A DNA stretch of 64,000 nucleotides, from positions 259,388 to 323,387 of IMG/VR virus record IMGVR_UViG_3300044557_000292; one strand, 5' to 3'. The notes under the pieces are model-generated. The model was given only the letters and a program-made list of their open reading frames with translations, was not told the origin of the DNA and did not search any database. A program made the translations under genes and the position numbers. Origin of the DNA: a virus. Its lineage: Duplodnaviria; Heunggongvirae; Uroviricota; Caudoviricetes. Shown here piece after piece: positions 57,330 to 64,000 of the stretch (position 1 is the stretch's first letter; every line of letters begins with the position of its first letter).

Positions 57330-57400
57330 ACAATGAGTAGGACTGTCGCGCCCGCCTGGCATGAAGCCAGGCAGCGGGTTAAACCCCGCTGTACTCATTG
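57330..57400 (-). ncRNA. non-canonical cloverleaf RNA with TCA anticodon
   Basis: 9-bp acceptor CAATGAGTA/TACTCATTG, 7-bp D stem, CCTGG-CTTCATG-CCAGG, 4-bp T stem, no V-arm. Confidence 0.55.
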
Positions 57401-57458
57401 CCCTGATATGATGATGTAGACGAGGTCACAGCCACCCTATCATTCGTCTACACCAGCG

Positions 57459-57538
57459 TGGTGCGTGAGGGACTCGAACCCCCGTACCCGAGAGAGCTGA
57501 TTTACAGTCAGCCGCATTTGCCGCTCTGCCAACGCACC
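57459..57538 (-). tRNA. tRNA-Tyr(GTA)
   Basis: V-arm, loop CTGTAAA. Confidence 0.92.
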
Positions 57539-57630
57539 ATGTGATCACCGCTGGGCTGCTGTGCTTCCACCCTGACCCTGTGACGATGACGGCGACCCGT
57601 GAGTACATTATATGCTCACACCGTCGCCAG

Positions 57631-57704
57631 TGCCGACAGTCCGGGTCGAACGGACAACCTCCGAGGCTTCAACTCGGCGCTCTTGCCAATTGAGCTATGA
57701 CGGC
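57631..57704 (-). tRNA. tRNA-Phe(GAA)
   Basis: Loop TTGAAGC. Confidence 0.9.
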
Positions 57705-57705
57705 G

Positions 57706-57788
57706 TGCATCCAGTCTGATTTGAACAGACATGCCTTATCGGCAATGGCTTCTGAAGCCATCGTGTATACCAGTTTCACCATGAATGC
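57706..57788 (-). tRNA. tRNA-Leu(CAG), long V-arm
   Basis: Loop TTCAGAA. Confidence 0.88.
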
Positions 57789-57930
57789 AAATGGCGGCTT
57801 CCCCGCCAGCACTGGTGTTCTCATCGAACGAGCAATGGCGTTGAACGGGCGCATCACAGACTGAACCTCATCCAACCGATGGGATTTTTACCAGACTGAA
57901 CCCTGGAGTGCCTTTGCCGTGGCTCCGCCG

Positions 57931-57995
57931 TAGTCTCAACAGGACTCGAACCTGATTCGTCTGACATGGGAGGCAGACGTACTACCAATGAGACA
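57931..57995 (-). pseudogene. D-armless tRNA-like RNA (CCC loop)
   Basis: GTCTCA/TGAGAC acceptor, 10-nt linker in place of D-arm, GTCTG/CAGAC stem, CAGG-TTCGAGT-CCTG. Confidence 0.55.
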
Positions 57996-58135
57996 TTTCT
58001 AAATTATGTAGACAATAGCATGAATGTGGGCGTTGCACCCACAGGGTCGCTATAGCATTCGGCTCGTTAGTGGTCACGACTAACCATGATAATCTTTACG
58101 ATTATGCTGCTAACTCAAAGCCTACTGATACTGCG

Positions 58136-58224
58136 CGGTTGATGAGGGATTCGAACCCCCGGTGGACGTTAATCCACGCTTGTTTAGTAGACAAGTGCCA
58201 TAAGCCAGACTCGGCCAATCAACC
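58136..58224 (-). tRNA. tRNA-Ser(ACT)
   Basis: Long V-arm, G73, loop CTACTAA. Confidence 0.9.
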
Positions 58225-58422
58225 ATATGATTGCTTGACGGACAATCATGAGGACAAAGCTCCGCGGAGCGCTCCGCCCACCGGCTAGGCCATCAACCCA
58301 GCGTAATGTGCGTCCCTGCTTGCAGATGCTGTCAGGATTCCTCATCTGCATGTCCATCCTCACAATAAGTCCTGTCATTATTGGATGGGCTGGCTAGATA
58401 CGTTGCCATATCCAGGGGCGCG

Positions 58423-58509
58423 CGGATGATGGGGGATTTGAACCCTCGGTGGTGTGACCCACTCCGTCTTTCGAGGACGGTGCACTAAACCAGACTATGC
58501 GAATCATCC
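58423..58509 (-). tRNA. tRNA-Ser(CGA)
   Basis: Long V-arm, loop CTCGAAA. Confidence 0.92.
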
Positions 58510-58545
58510 ATATGCTGATCATGTGGCCATTGGCAGCAAGATCCG

Positions 58546-58619
58546 TCCCTCGTATCGGCGACGATCCGATCACTCCCTGATTAAGAGTCAGGTGCTCTAC
58601 CAACATGAGCTAACGAGGG
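58546..58619 (-). tRNA. tRNA-Lys(CTT), atypical T-loop
   Basis: Loop CTCTTAA, T-loop ATCGTCG. Confidence 0.82.
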
Positions 58620-58620
58620 G

Positions 58621-58694
58621 TTGCGGAGAATGGATTCGAACCATTGACTTCGTGGGTATGAGCCACGCGAGCTACCGAACTGCTCTACTCCGCG
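58621..58694 (-). tRNA. initiator tRNA-fMet(CAT)
   Basis: C1:A72 mismatch, CGTGG-CTCATAC-CCACG. Confidence 0.9.
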
Positions 58695-58768
58695 TGTCCC
58701 CTATGGGATTCGAACCCATACTAGACGGCTCCTTAGGCCGACGCCTCTACCAATTGGGCTAAAGGGAC
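58695..58768 (-). tRNA. tRNA-Leu(AAG), short variable loop
   Basis: Loop CTAAGGA, 74 nt. Confidence 0.87.
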
Positions 58769-58855
58769 ATGATACGTGGATGCGATCATGATCGTCACCA
58801 GTCACGCATCCACGATAGGGCCAACTGGTGACAACCGTCGCTGTCATCGTGTGCC

Positions 58856-58946
58856 CGGTTCTCAGGGGGATTCGAACCCACGCTCGCTGGGAATGACCCC
58901 TCGCACCACTTTATCGGCGGCTGCTACCATTGCATCATTGAGAACC
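58856..58946 (-). ncRNA. class II tRNA-like RNA with 8-bp acceptor, G73, loop CGATAAA
   Basis: GGTTCTCA/TGAGAACC, T-loop TTCGAAT, long V-arm. Confidence 0.55.
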
Positions 58947-58949
58947 ACG

Positions 58950-59035
58950 TGCCCTCACCCGGATTCGAACCGAGAGCCCCATCACGGGAAGACGGGTTTG
59001 AGCCGTCCGCGTCTACCAATTCCAGCCATGAGGGC
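58950..59035 (-). tRNA. tRNA-Leu(CAA)
   Basis: Long V-arm, loop CTCAAAC. Confidence 0.92.
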
Positions 59036-59191
59036 AATTTGCTTAATGCTCTGTAAGGAGAATCACTTATGATCATCAGGACTGCAAGCGCAAGCCGTAT
59101 GCGCTCACCGGGTGACTATCCCCCGCCAAGGGAAGAATTGCCGCCAACAATTCTTGTCATCATCCCCACGGTTGTCCATTCCCGTGGTAAG

Positions 59192-59265
59192 TACTCTCCA
59201 TGGGATTCGAACCCATGCTAGACGGTCCCTGAAACCGCCTCCTCTGCCAATCGGGCTAGGAGAGC
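59192..59265 (-). tRNA. tRNA-Leu(CAG), short variable loop
   Basis: Loop TTCAGGG, 74 nt. Confidence 0.87.
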
Positions 59266-59322
59266 ATAACGTGCCGTCAATCCCACCGTGGTTTGGGGAG
59301 TTGAACCATTGACGGCACATAG

Positions 59323-59396
59323 TAGCCTCATCGGGACTCGAACCCGAAGTCTCATCCTTGAGAGGGATGCGAGGTGACCAGTTACTCTATGAGGCC
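59323..59396 (-). tRNA. tRNA-Glu(CTC)
   Basis: Loop CTCTCAA. Confidence 0.92.
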
Positions 59397-59397
59397 G

Positions 59398-59482
59398 CGG
59401 ATGATGAGGGATTCGAACCCCCGGTGGTGTTACCCACTCTTGTTTTCAAGACAAGTGCACTCGACCGCTATGCGAATCATCC
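59398..59482 (-). tRNA. tRNA-Ser(TGA)
   Basis: Long V-arm, loop CTTGAAA. Confidence 0.92.
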
Positions 59483-59581
59483 AAATATTGTATGCAGTAA
59501 GAGCTAGGAGCCCCCGCCGCGCCGGGCCACAGCCTTACCGGCTTGTCCAGCCCTCGAGTAAGCATCCTTATCGAGCCCGCG

Positions 59582-59653
59582 CGACCACGACGGGAATCGG
59601 ACCCGCTCTAGCTTGCTCGACAGGCAAGTGTCCAACCGGAGGACCTCGTGGCC
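59582..59653 (-). tRNA. tRNA-Asp(GTC)
   Basis: G73, loop CTGTCGA, T-loop TCCGATT. Confidence 0.85.
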
Positions 59654-59728
59654 ATAATGATGCAGACAGCATTACGTGATGAAAACAATGTCAGAACTTT
59701 CATCGGAATCTGTCCACATTCACCTACG

Positions 59729-59803
59729 CTCCCTGTACTAGAGTCGAACTAGTTGCCTCTCGATTAACAGTCGAGCGCAGCCGCCGAAGGCTGCTCACAG
59801 GGA
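59729..59803 (-). tRNA. tRNA-Asn(GTT)
   Basis: U1-A72, G73, loop CTGTTAA. Confidence 0.9.
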
Positions 59804-59809
59804 ATAATA

Positions 59810-60250
59810 GATGGGCGTTTAACGTGCGCCCATCATGCACGGCATGTTTTTCTATCCGACTGCTCGGACTGCTTAGACCAGCTCACCACTTGGACATGAC
59901 TGACAGCATGCGCTGTCAACCGTCACCGCGGATTGCCTATAGGGAACATCTGAAGAAGTATGTTTATTGTCTACCGGCGCTCGACCTTCACAACGAGCTT
60001 GGTACCCGGCTCACGGATTATACGTACTGGGACACAATGTGACCCCGGGTAGCATCTTGAGGACAAGACGCGACCACACCTCGCTTTCTCCGTGCGAGAT
60101 CCAGAATACTGGCGCTCCATCATGCAGACGAGTTGACTAGACCCGTATGGTCTCCTGACCAAGCGCGATAATTCTTTAACATTCCGGTACCGTGGCCGTC
60201 GCATTGCTTCCTCATCTGGAGTTGCACCAGACCTCATTATTAGATTATCA
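59810..60250 (-). ncRNA. candidate large structured ncRNA
   Basis: About 440 nt without tRNA or credible CDS, at least 9 hairpins. Confidence 0.45.
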
Positions 60251-60315
60251 GACCATCCTCACCATGATTCCATGCGGTCAAGCATGTCCACAGGGTGACC
60301 AGATGACGGTCATCG

Positions 60316-60389
60316 TCGGGATGACAGGATTTGAACCTGCGGCATCTTGCTCCCAAAGCAAGCGCGCTACCAAGCTGCGCTACATCCCG
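60316..60389 (-). tRNA. tRNA-Pro(TGG)
   Basis: C1-G72, loop TTTGGGA. Confidence 0.93.
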
Positions 60390-60484
60390 AAATATTAAGT
60401 TATGTCACTACGCTGGACGGTTTCCCGTTGAGCGCGGCACATCCAATGATAACACACCCGTTAGGGTACGCGGTCAGCGGCGTG

Positions 60485-60557
60485 TCGGGATGGCGGGGAT
60501 CGAACCCGCTGTCTCCTGCTCCCGAAGCAGGCGGATTACCTTTCCTCCCTCATCCCG
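60485..60557 (-). tRNA. tRNA-Pro(CGG)
   Basis: C1-G72, loop TTCGGGA. Confidence 0.9.
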
Positions 60558-60845
60558 GTATTCAATTGTCAAATGTTGCCCTTTAACATGAAGAAGGCCC
60601 GATCCTCAATGATGAAGACCGGGCCTAGATTCACATTGAATCTTTACTGCTTAAACCACGATCTTACATCCTGTTGAATTATCATGCTTATAACCGTTAA
60701 ATGACCTAATGGCCATCGGCTGCCAGCATGATTGAAGGCTACGCTCACGCGTGGATGACGATTTGGACAAACCTGCGAGCAATGTCATCACAACCTCCAT
60801 TCTGCAATCCGTGGAACGCGGTAAGCATCCCGTTCAACAACCAAC

Positions 60846-60885
60846 AATAGATAATATATCACGGTGCTACGTCAATAGCAACCCT
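60846..60885 (-). promoter_or_regulatory. probable promoter upstream of tRNA array
   Basis: TTGCTA-17 nt-TATATT; 17-mer identical to the one upstream of ssrA. Confidence 0.55.
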
Positions 60886-61058
60886 AATCCGTAATTATTT
60901 TTCGTCAATGACGCGGGAACGTTGAGACGGCAACGAAAAATAATCAAAAATATTTTCTGGAATCAACAATCTCATCGGCGTGTCTTACTCAGGAAGGCTC
61001 CATTTCCCTGACTATAATATTATATCAGTATAGATTAACTGATGCAATCATTCTATTA

Positions 61059-61781
61059 TCACTCGATGATATTTGAATAGGAGTATTTATACTCATCTTT
61101 GGACCCAATATCAGACGGGTGATGATCAGACTCGATCCATTCATGGGTATTAGACGGCGTTGGATCACCCAATATGGTCCTCATCCTAACAATGAACCCA
61201 TTGTGTCTATTAACGATTCCCAATCCTGTTAATCCGAGTAGAACGTGACCTTCAGCTATGCCATTCTTACATTCTGCTCTTATCGTTAGGTCATACCCAA
61301 CTGAGTCAAGGATCGTATCTCTGTCAATCGTCACCGTGATTCTTCCATTATCGTCTGTTGTATAATAGGTTTGGTCAATCAACTTGCCGCCCATAATCCT
61401 GCCAACAAGATCATCGTAATTCGTAACGCCAGCTGACCTAGATCTGACGACCACGCCATCGGTAAATCCTACTCCTATTCTAGGAGTATCGTTGCTTATC
61501 ACTACCGGATTCCTCGGAGTATAAGTCCCATGCTTACCATCAACATAATCGTTAAGATGTGTTCCGAGATAACAGTTCTTTAGACTCACCCCGTTATCAT
61601 TAACAAGCTGGTACGTTGCCGTGAACGGTTCCGATCCTGATTTCAGCCTGTAATTACCGGCAGATATGGCAATTATCGGCATAATGAGAACCATTACAAT
61701 TAGGATGATTAAAGAATGCTTGATTCCTGTTATCTTATGCATGATCAGAAATGACTTGTTGGATTGTTGAGAAGGTATCAT
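61059..61781 (-). CDS. secreted/membrane hypothetical protein (AT-rich)
   Basis: Hydrophobic N-terminal segment. Confidence 0.65.
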   Translation of the reverse strand: MIPSQQSNKSFLIMHKITGIKHSLIILIVMVLIMPIIAISAGNYRLKSGSEPFTATYQLVNDNGVSLKNCYLGTHLNDYVDGKHGTYTPRNPVVISNDTPRIGVGFTDGVVVRSRSAGVTNYDDLVGRIMGGKLIDQTYYTTDDNGRITVTIDRDTILDSVGYDLTIRAECKNGIAEGHVLLGLTGLGIVNRHNGFIVRMRTILGDPTPSNTHEWIESDHHPSDIGSKDEYKYSYSNIIE

Positions 61782-62841
61782 CAGTTATTCTTTCTCCAAT
61801 ATTATACGCATCATTTTCATAATATGGTATAGAATCACACGGGCTTTTATTATCAGAGCAATACTCTCCTCTTTCTATTCCTATAGCCATTAAGGATAAA
61901 GAATTAGGATCATCAGTTGCGAATGCTGATCCGCTATCTCCCTCTGCATTGTCTAAAGATGTAGTAAACATATATGATGGACCAACTGATCTTATTAAGT
62001 TGCCATATTCTGTCCACATGGTCCACTCGAGCTTATCACTAGGATACCCAGTCATCCTTATATCAGGATAATTACCATTATAGACATATTCTGGAGTTAC
62101 ACCATAACCGTACCATCCTACTTGATTTCCAATAGGATCATTAAGAATAATCAATCCCCAATCGTTTCTTTGTGATGCGGGAGTATTATCATCCCAATTA
62201 CCCGATATTGCCTCACCGGAAGCCGTTGTTGAATACTCTGATTCTGGGAAATGTACAGAAGACCCTTCTTCTATAGGATTATCTTCATCCGCTGAAACGG
62301 CTCCTGCTGATACAGCATAATTATCAAACCATTCTTCATTTGACTGTAAACAATGTGCGGCTGTGAGAACGACATTAGGTCCTATAAGAACTCCGCTGCA
62401 TTTTTGATAATTATTGCTTTCTGTACTATATGCTGTTATACTGGCAATAGGAGCATAAATGGGGTTACTTTCCGTAGCGGTTACCTGTGTGCGATCATCA
62501 TCGCCAATAACCATGTACGGGGTAATTGAAGAAGAAGTATCCGATCCAGCATCAATATCTTTGAACGGAGTCCATCCGTGATGAACATACGATTCAGGAT
62601 CTGAACTTTTTGATAATTCTGTTGACAATGAGTTCTTTACCGTTCTCAATTCTGTTTTACCAGTATTCTCATCACGCCATGTGTACGAAAGATTTTTCTC
62701 GTCAAATGATAAAGAACTGGTCTCATTAGCATAAGCATTACCCGACAGAATTGAAATCATCAGAGTTAACGCACATATGGAAGATTCTACCATCATTAAT
62801 CTTTTCCTGTCTTTACTTGTGATCATTTGTCTACCCCTCAT
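61735..62841 (-). CDS. secreted trypsin-like (V8/glutamyl endopeptidase-type) serine protease
   Basis: Signal peptide, CSGVLIGPNVVLTAAHC, NDWGLI, GDSGS. Confidence 0.9.
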   Translation of the reverse strand: MRGRQMITSKDRKRLMMVESSICALTLMISILSGNAYANETSSLSFDEKNLSYTWRDENTGKTELRTVKNSLSTELSKSSDPESYVHHGWTPFKDIDAGSDTSSSITPYMVIGDDDRTQVTATESNPIYAPIASITAYSTESNNYQKCSGVLIGPNVVLTAAHCLQSNEEWFDNYAVSAGAVSADEDNPIEEGSSVHFPESEYSTTASGEAISGNWDDNTPASQRNDWGLIILNDPIGNQVGWYGYGVTPEYVYNGNYPDIRMTGYPSDKLEWTMWTEYGNLIRSVGPSYMFTTSLDNAEGDSGSAFATDDPNSLSLMAIGIERGEYCSDNKSPCDSIPYYENDAYNIGERITDDTFSTIQQVISDHA

Positions 62842-62933
62842 TAAGATTGACCATGATTCATTACGAGGATATCAACGATTTTTCGTAGGTAATAACTAAG
62901 CTAGGCATCAGATGAGATTAAGATTAAATGGGA

Positions 62934-64000
62934 TCAGACCTCAATGCTGCCATCTGCCACTCCAGCCCAGAATCCGAGGGCCCATTGCCTCACCCTGTCA
63001 GTATTCCCGCGCTCATCACTGCTGGCATGACGCCCATTCATAAGATTACACATGCCAGATGGATGGAATAGCATAGATGATGCTTCTGACATGAACTCAC
63101 CCGGGCCCGTGCTACCATAATCCATGGCATCACTGCCGAATCCACGATGAACTATTCCGATGCTTGAATGCTTGTCCGTGTTAACTCCCTCATCGAACCT
63201 CGCGTACGCCTCCTCGGCTGCCTTCCTGAATTTTGGAAATGATTCTGACAATCCATGCACATACTCATGCATGAGCACCTGTTTGAATCCCTCATCTTCC
63301 TTACCGCTGGGCTTCCTCACGATGATGGCAGATCCGAATGCTTCCCGTCTTTCCTTAACCTCATACACGGGAGCCTTAACATGCTCTTCCCCTTCTGAAT
63401 AACCCTGCACTATCACATCGGCCTCATTAGCGATCTTTTTTAGGGACGACCCCTTCCCCATACTGAACTTACGCCCTAGGACGACCTTACGAACAGTATT
63501 GCTATCGATCTTCATGAGAGCAGTTGCACCCTTGCTTCCATTCTCGAATCCCTCCTTTCCATCATAGGAAGACCATTCAATGATCACACTCCCAATCTTA
63601 GCCTTCTCCATGAACTCCATCTTCTTATCTTCATATTGATCTTTACGAAGAGAGCTAATCCTAGTATCAATTGTAGCTGGTGGTAGCGATACCGCTCCCG
63701 AATAAAAGTACCCAGCCGTGTCACGATTCATAGCATGTGAGATCTTACTGCCCTGAGTCGAGTCGATAAGAAGAAACGATCCAGGATTATCATGATTCTT
63801 CACGTTATTTGGGAGAACAGCTATAGACTCGTTAAGCTCTTTAGCATACCTTCCAACGGCATTCCTGACAAGCTCACCGTTACCGCTCTTCGCGTGGGTG
63901 GACATCCAATCCCCCAGCTTTAAGGCAAGACGATCTGCCTGAACGTCGGGGTATTCTGATGGATCAATGCCGAACTCTGATTCCAGTTGCTTGCCCTTAT
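62934..64000 (-). CDS. HEXXH metallopeptidase-like protein, partial (frame open to right edge)
   Basis: LMHEYVHGL and downstream GEFMSEA; no in-frame stop 63906..64000. Confidence 0.6.
   Translation of the reverse strand, partial: KGKQLESEFGIDPSEYPDVQADRLALKLGDWMSTHAKSGNGELVRNAVGRYAKELNESIAVLPNNVKNHDNPGSFLLIDSTQGSKISHAMNRDTAGYFYSGAVSLPPATIDTRISSLRKDQYEDKKMEFMEKAKIGSVIIEWSSYDGKEGFENGSKGATALMKIDSNTVRKVVLGRKFSMGKGSSLKKIANEADVIVQGYSEGEEHVKAPVYEVKERREAFGSAIIVRKPSGKEDEGFKQVLMHEYVHGLSESFPKFRKAAEEAYARFDEGVNTDKHSSIGIVHRGFGSDAMDYGSTGPGEFMSEASSMLFHPSGMCNLMNGRHASSDERGNTDRVRQWALGFWAGVADGSIEV

Noticed and set aside
57790-57925. Repeated GGTTCAGTCTG and hairpins as a riboswitch
   Set aside because: No downstream CDS and no family recognised
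58020-58050. TGTGGG-TGCAACG-CCCACA T-arm-like hairpin
   Set aside because: Isolated, with no other tRNA arms
59810-60310. Group I or group II intron explanation for the long spacer
   Set aside because: No P7/R-S elements or domain V seen, and flanking tRNAs are complete
47026-60591. Short ORFs overlapping tRNA genes
   Set aside because: Translations of tRNA sequence (e.g. GFEP/RVRIP patterns), not proteins
1-64000. Jumbo phage identity
   Set aside because: No capsid, portal, terminase or tail genes recognised; VirD4/CpaF/CpaB favour a conjugative element, though the rest of the replicon is unseen

Overview
64 kb of a large extrachromosomal-type element, most likely an actinobacterial (Bifidobacterium-like) conjugative megaplasmid or ICE. 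The host and element type are inferred. No phage capsid, terminase or tail genes were recognised. Almost everything is on the minus strand. 1-47 kb holds replication/repair genes (Pif1 helicase, NAD ligase, type IIA topoisomerase A+B, HU, dUTPase, NrdH), two divergent sigma-70 factors, transfer-type genes (CpaB, CpaF/VirB11, VirD4, DsbA), a ParB-domain + TAGT-type glycosyltransferase pair, XpaC/TelA, a tmRNA and a degenerate type I-E-like CRISPR mini-array. 47.1-60.6 kb is a tRNA array with about 52 readable tRNAs covering all 20 amino acids. It also contains an RNase P RNA, several non-canonical tRNA-like RNAs (including one with a UCA anticodon), a second repeat-spacer-repeat unit, GIY-YIG endonucleases, an HD protein and several unexplained structured spacers. 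Anticodon loops deviate systematically (six A34, nine C33). All RNA structures were folded by eye, not by software. Several CDS starts were moved from the ORF track to better RBS-supported positions.
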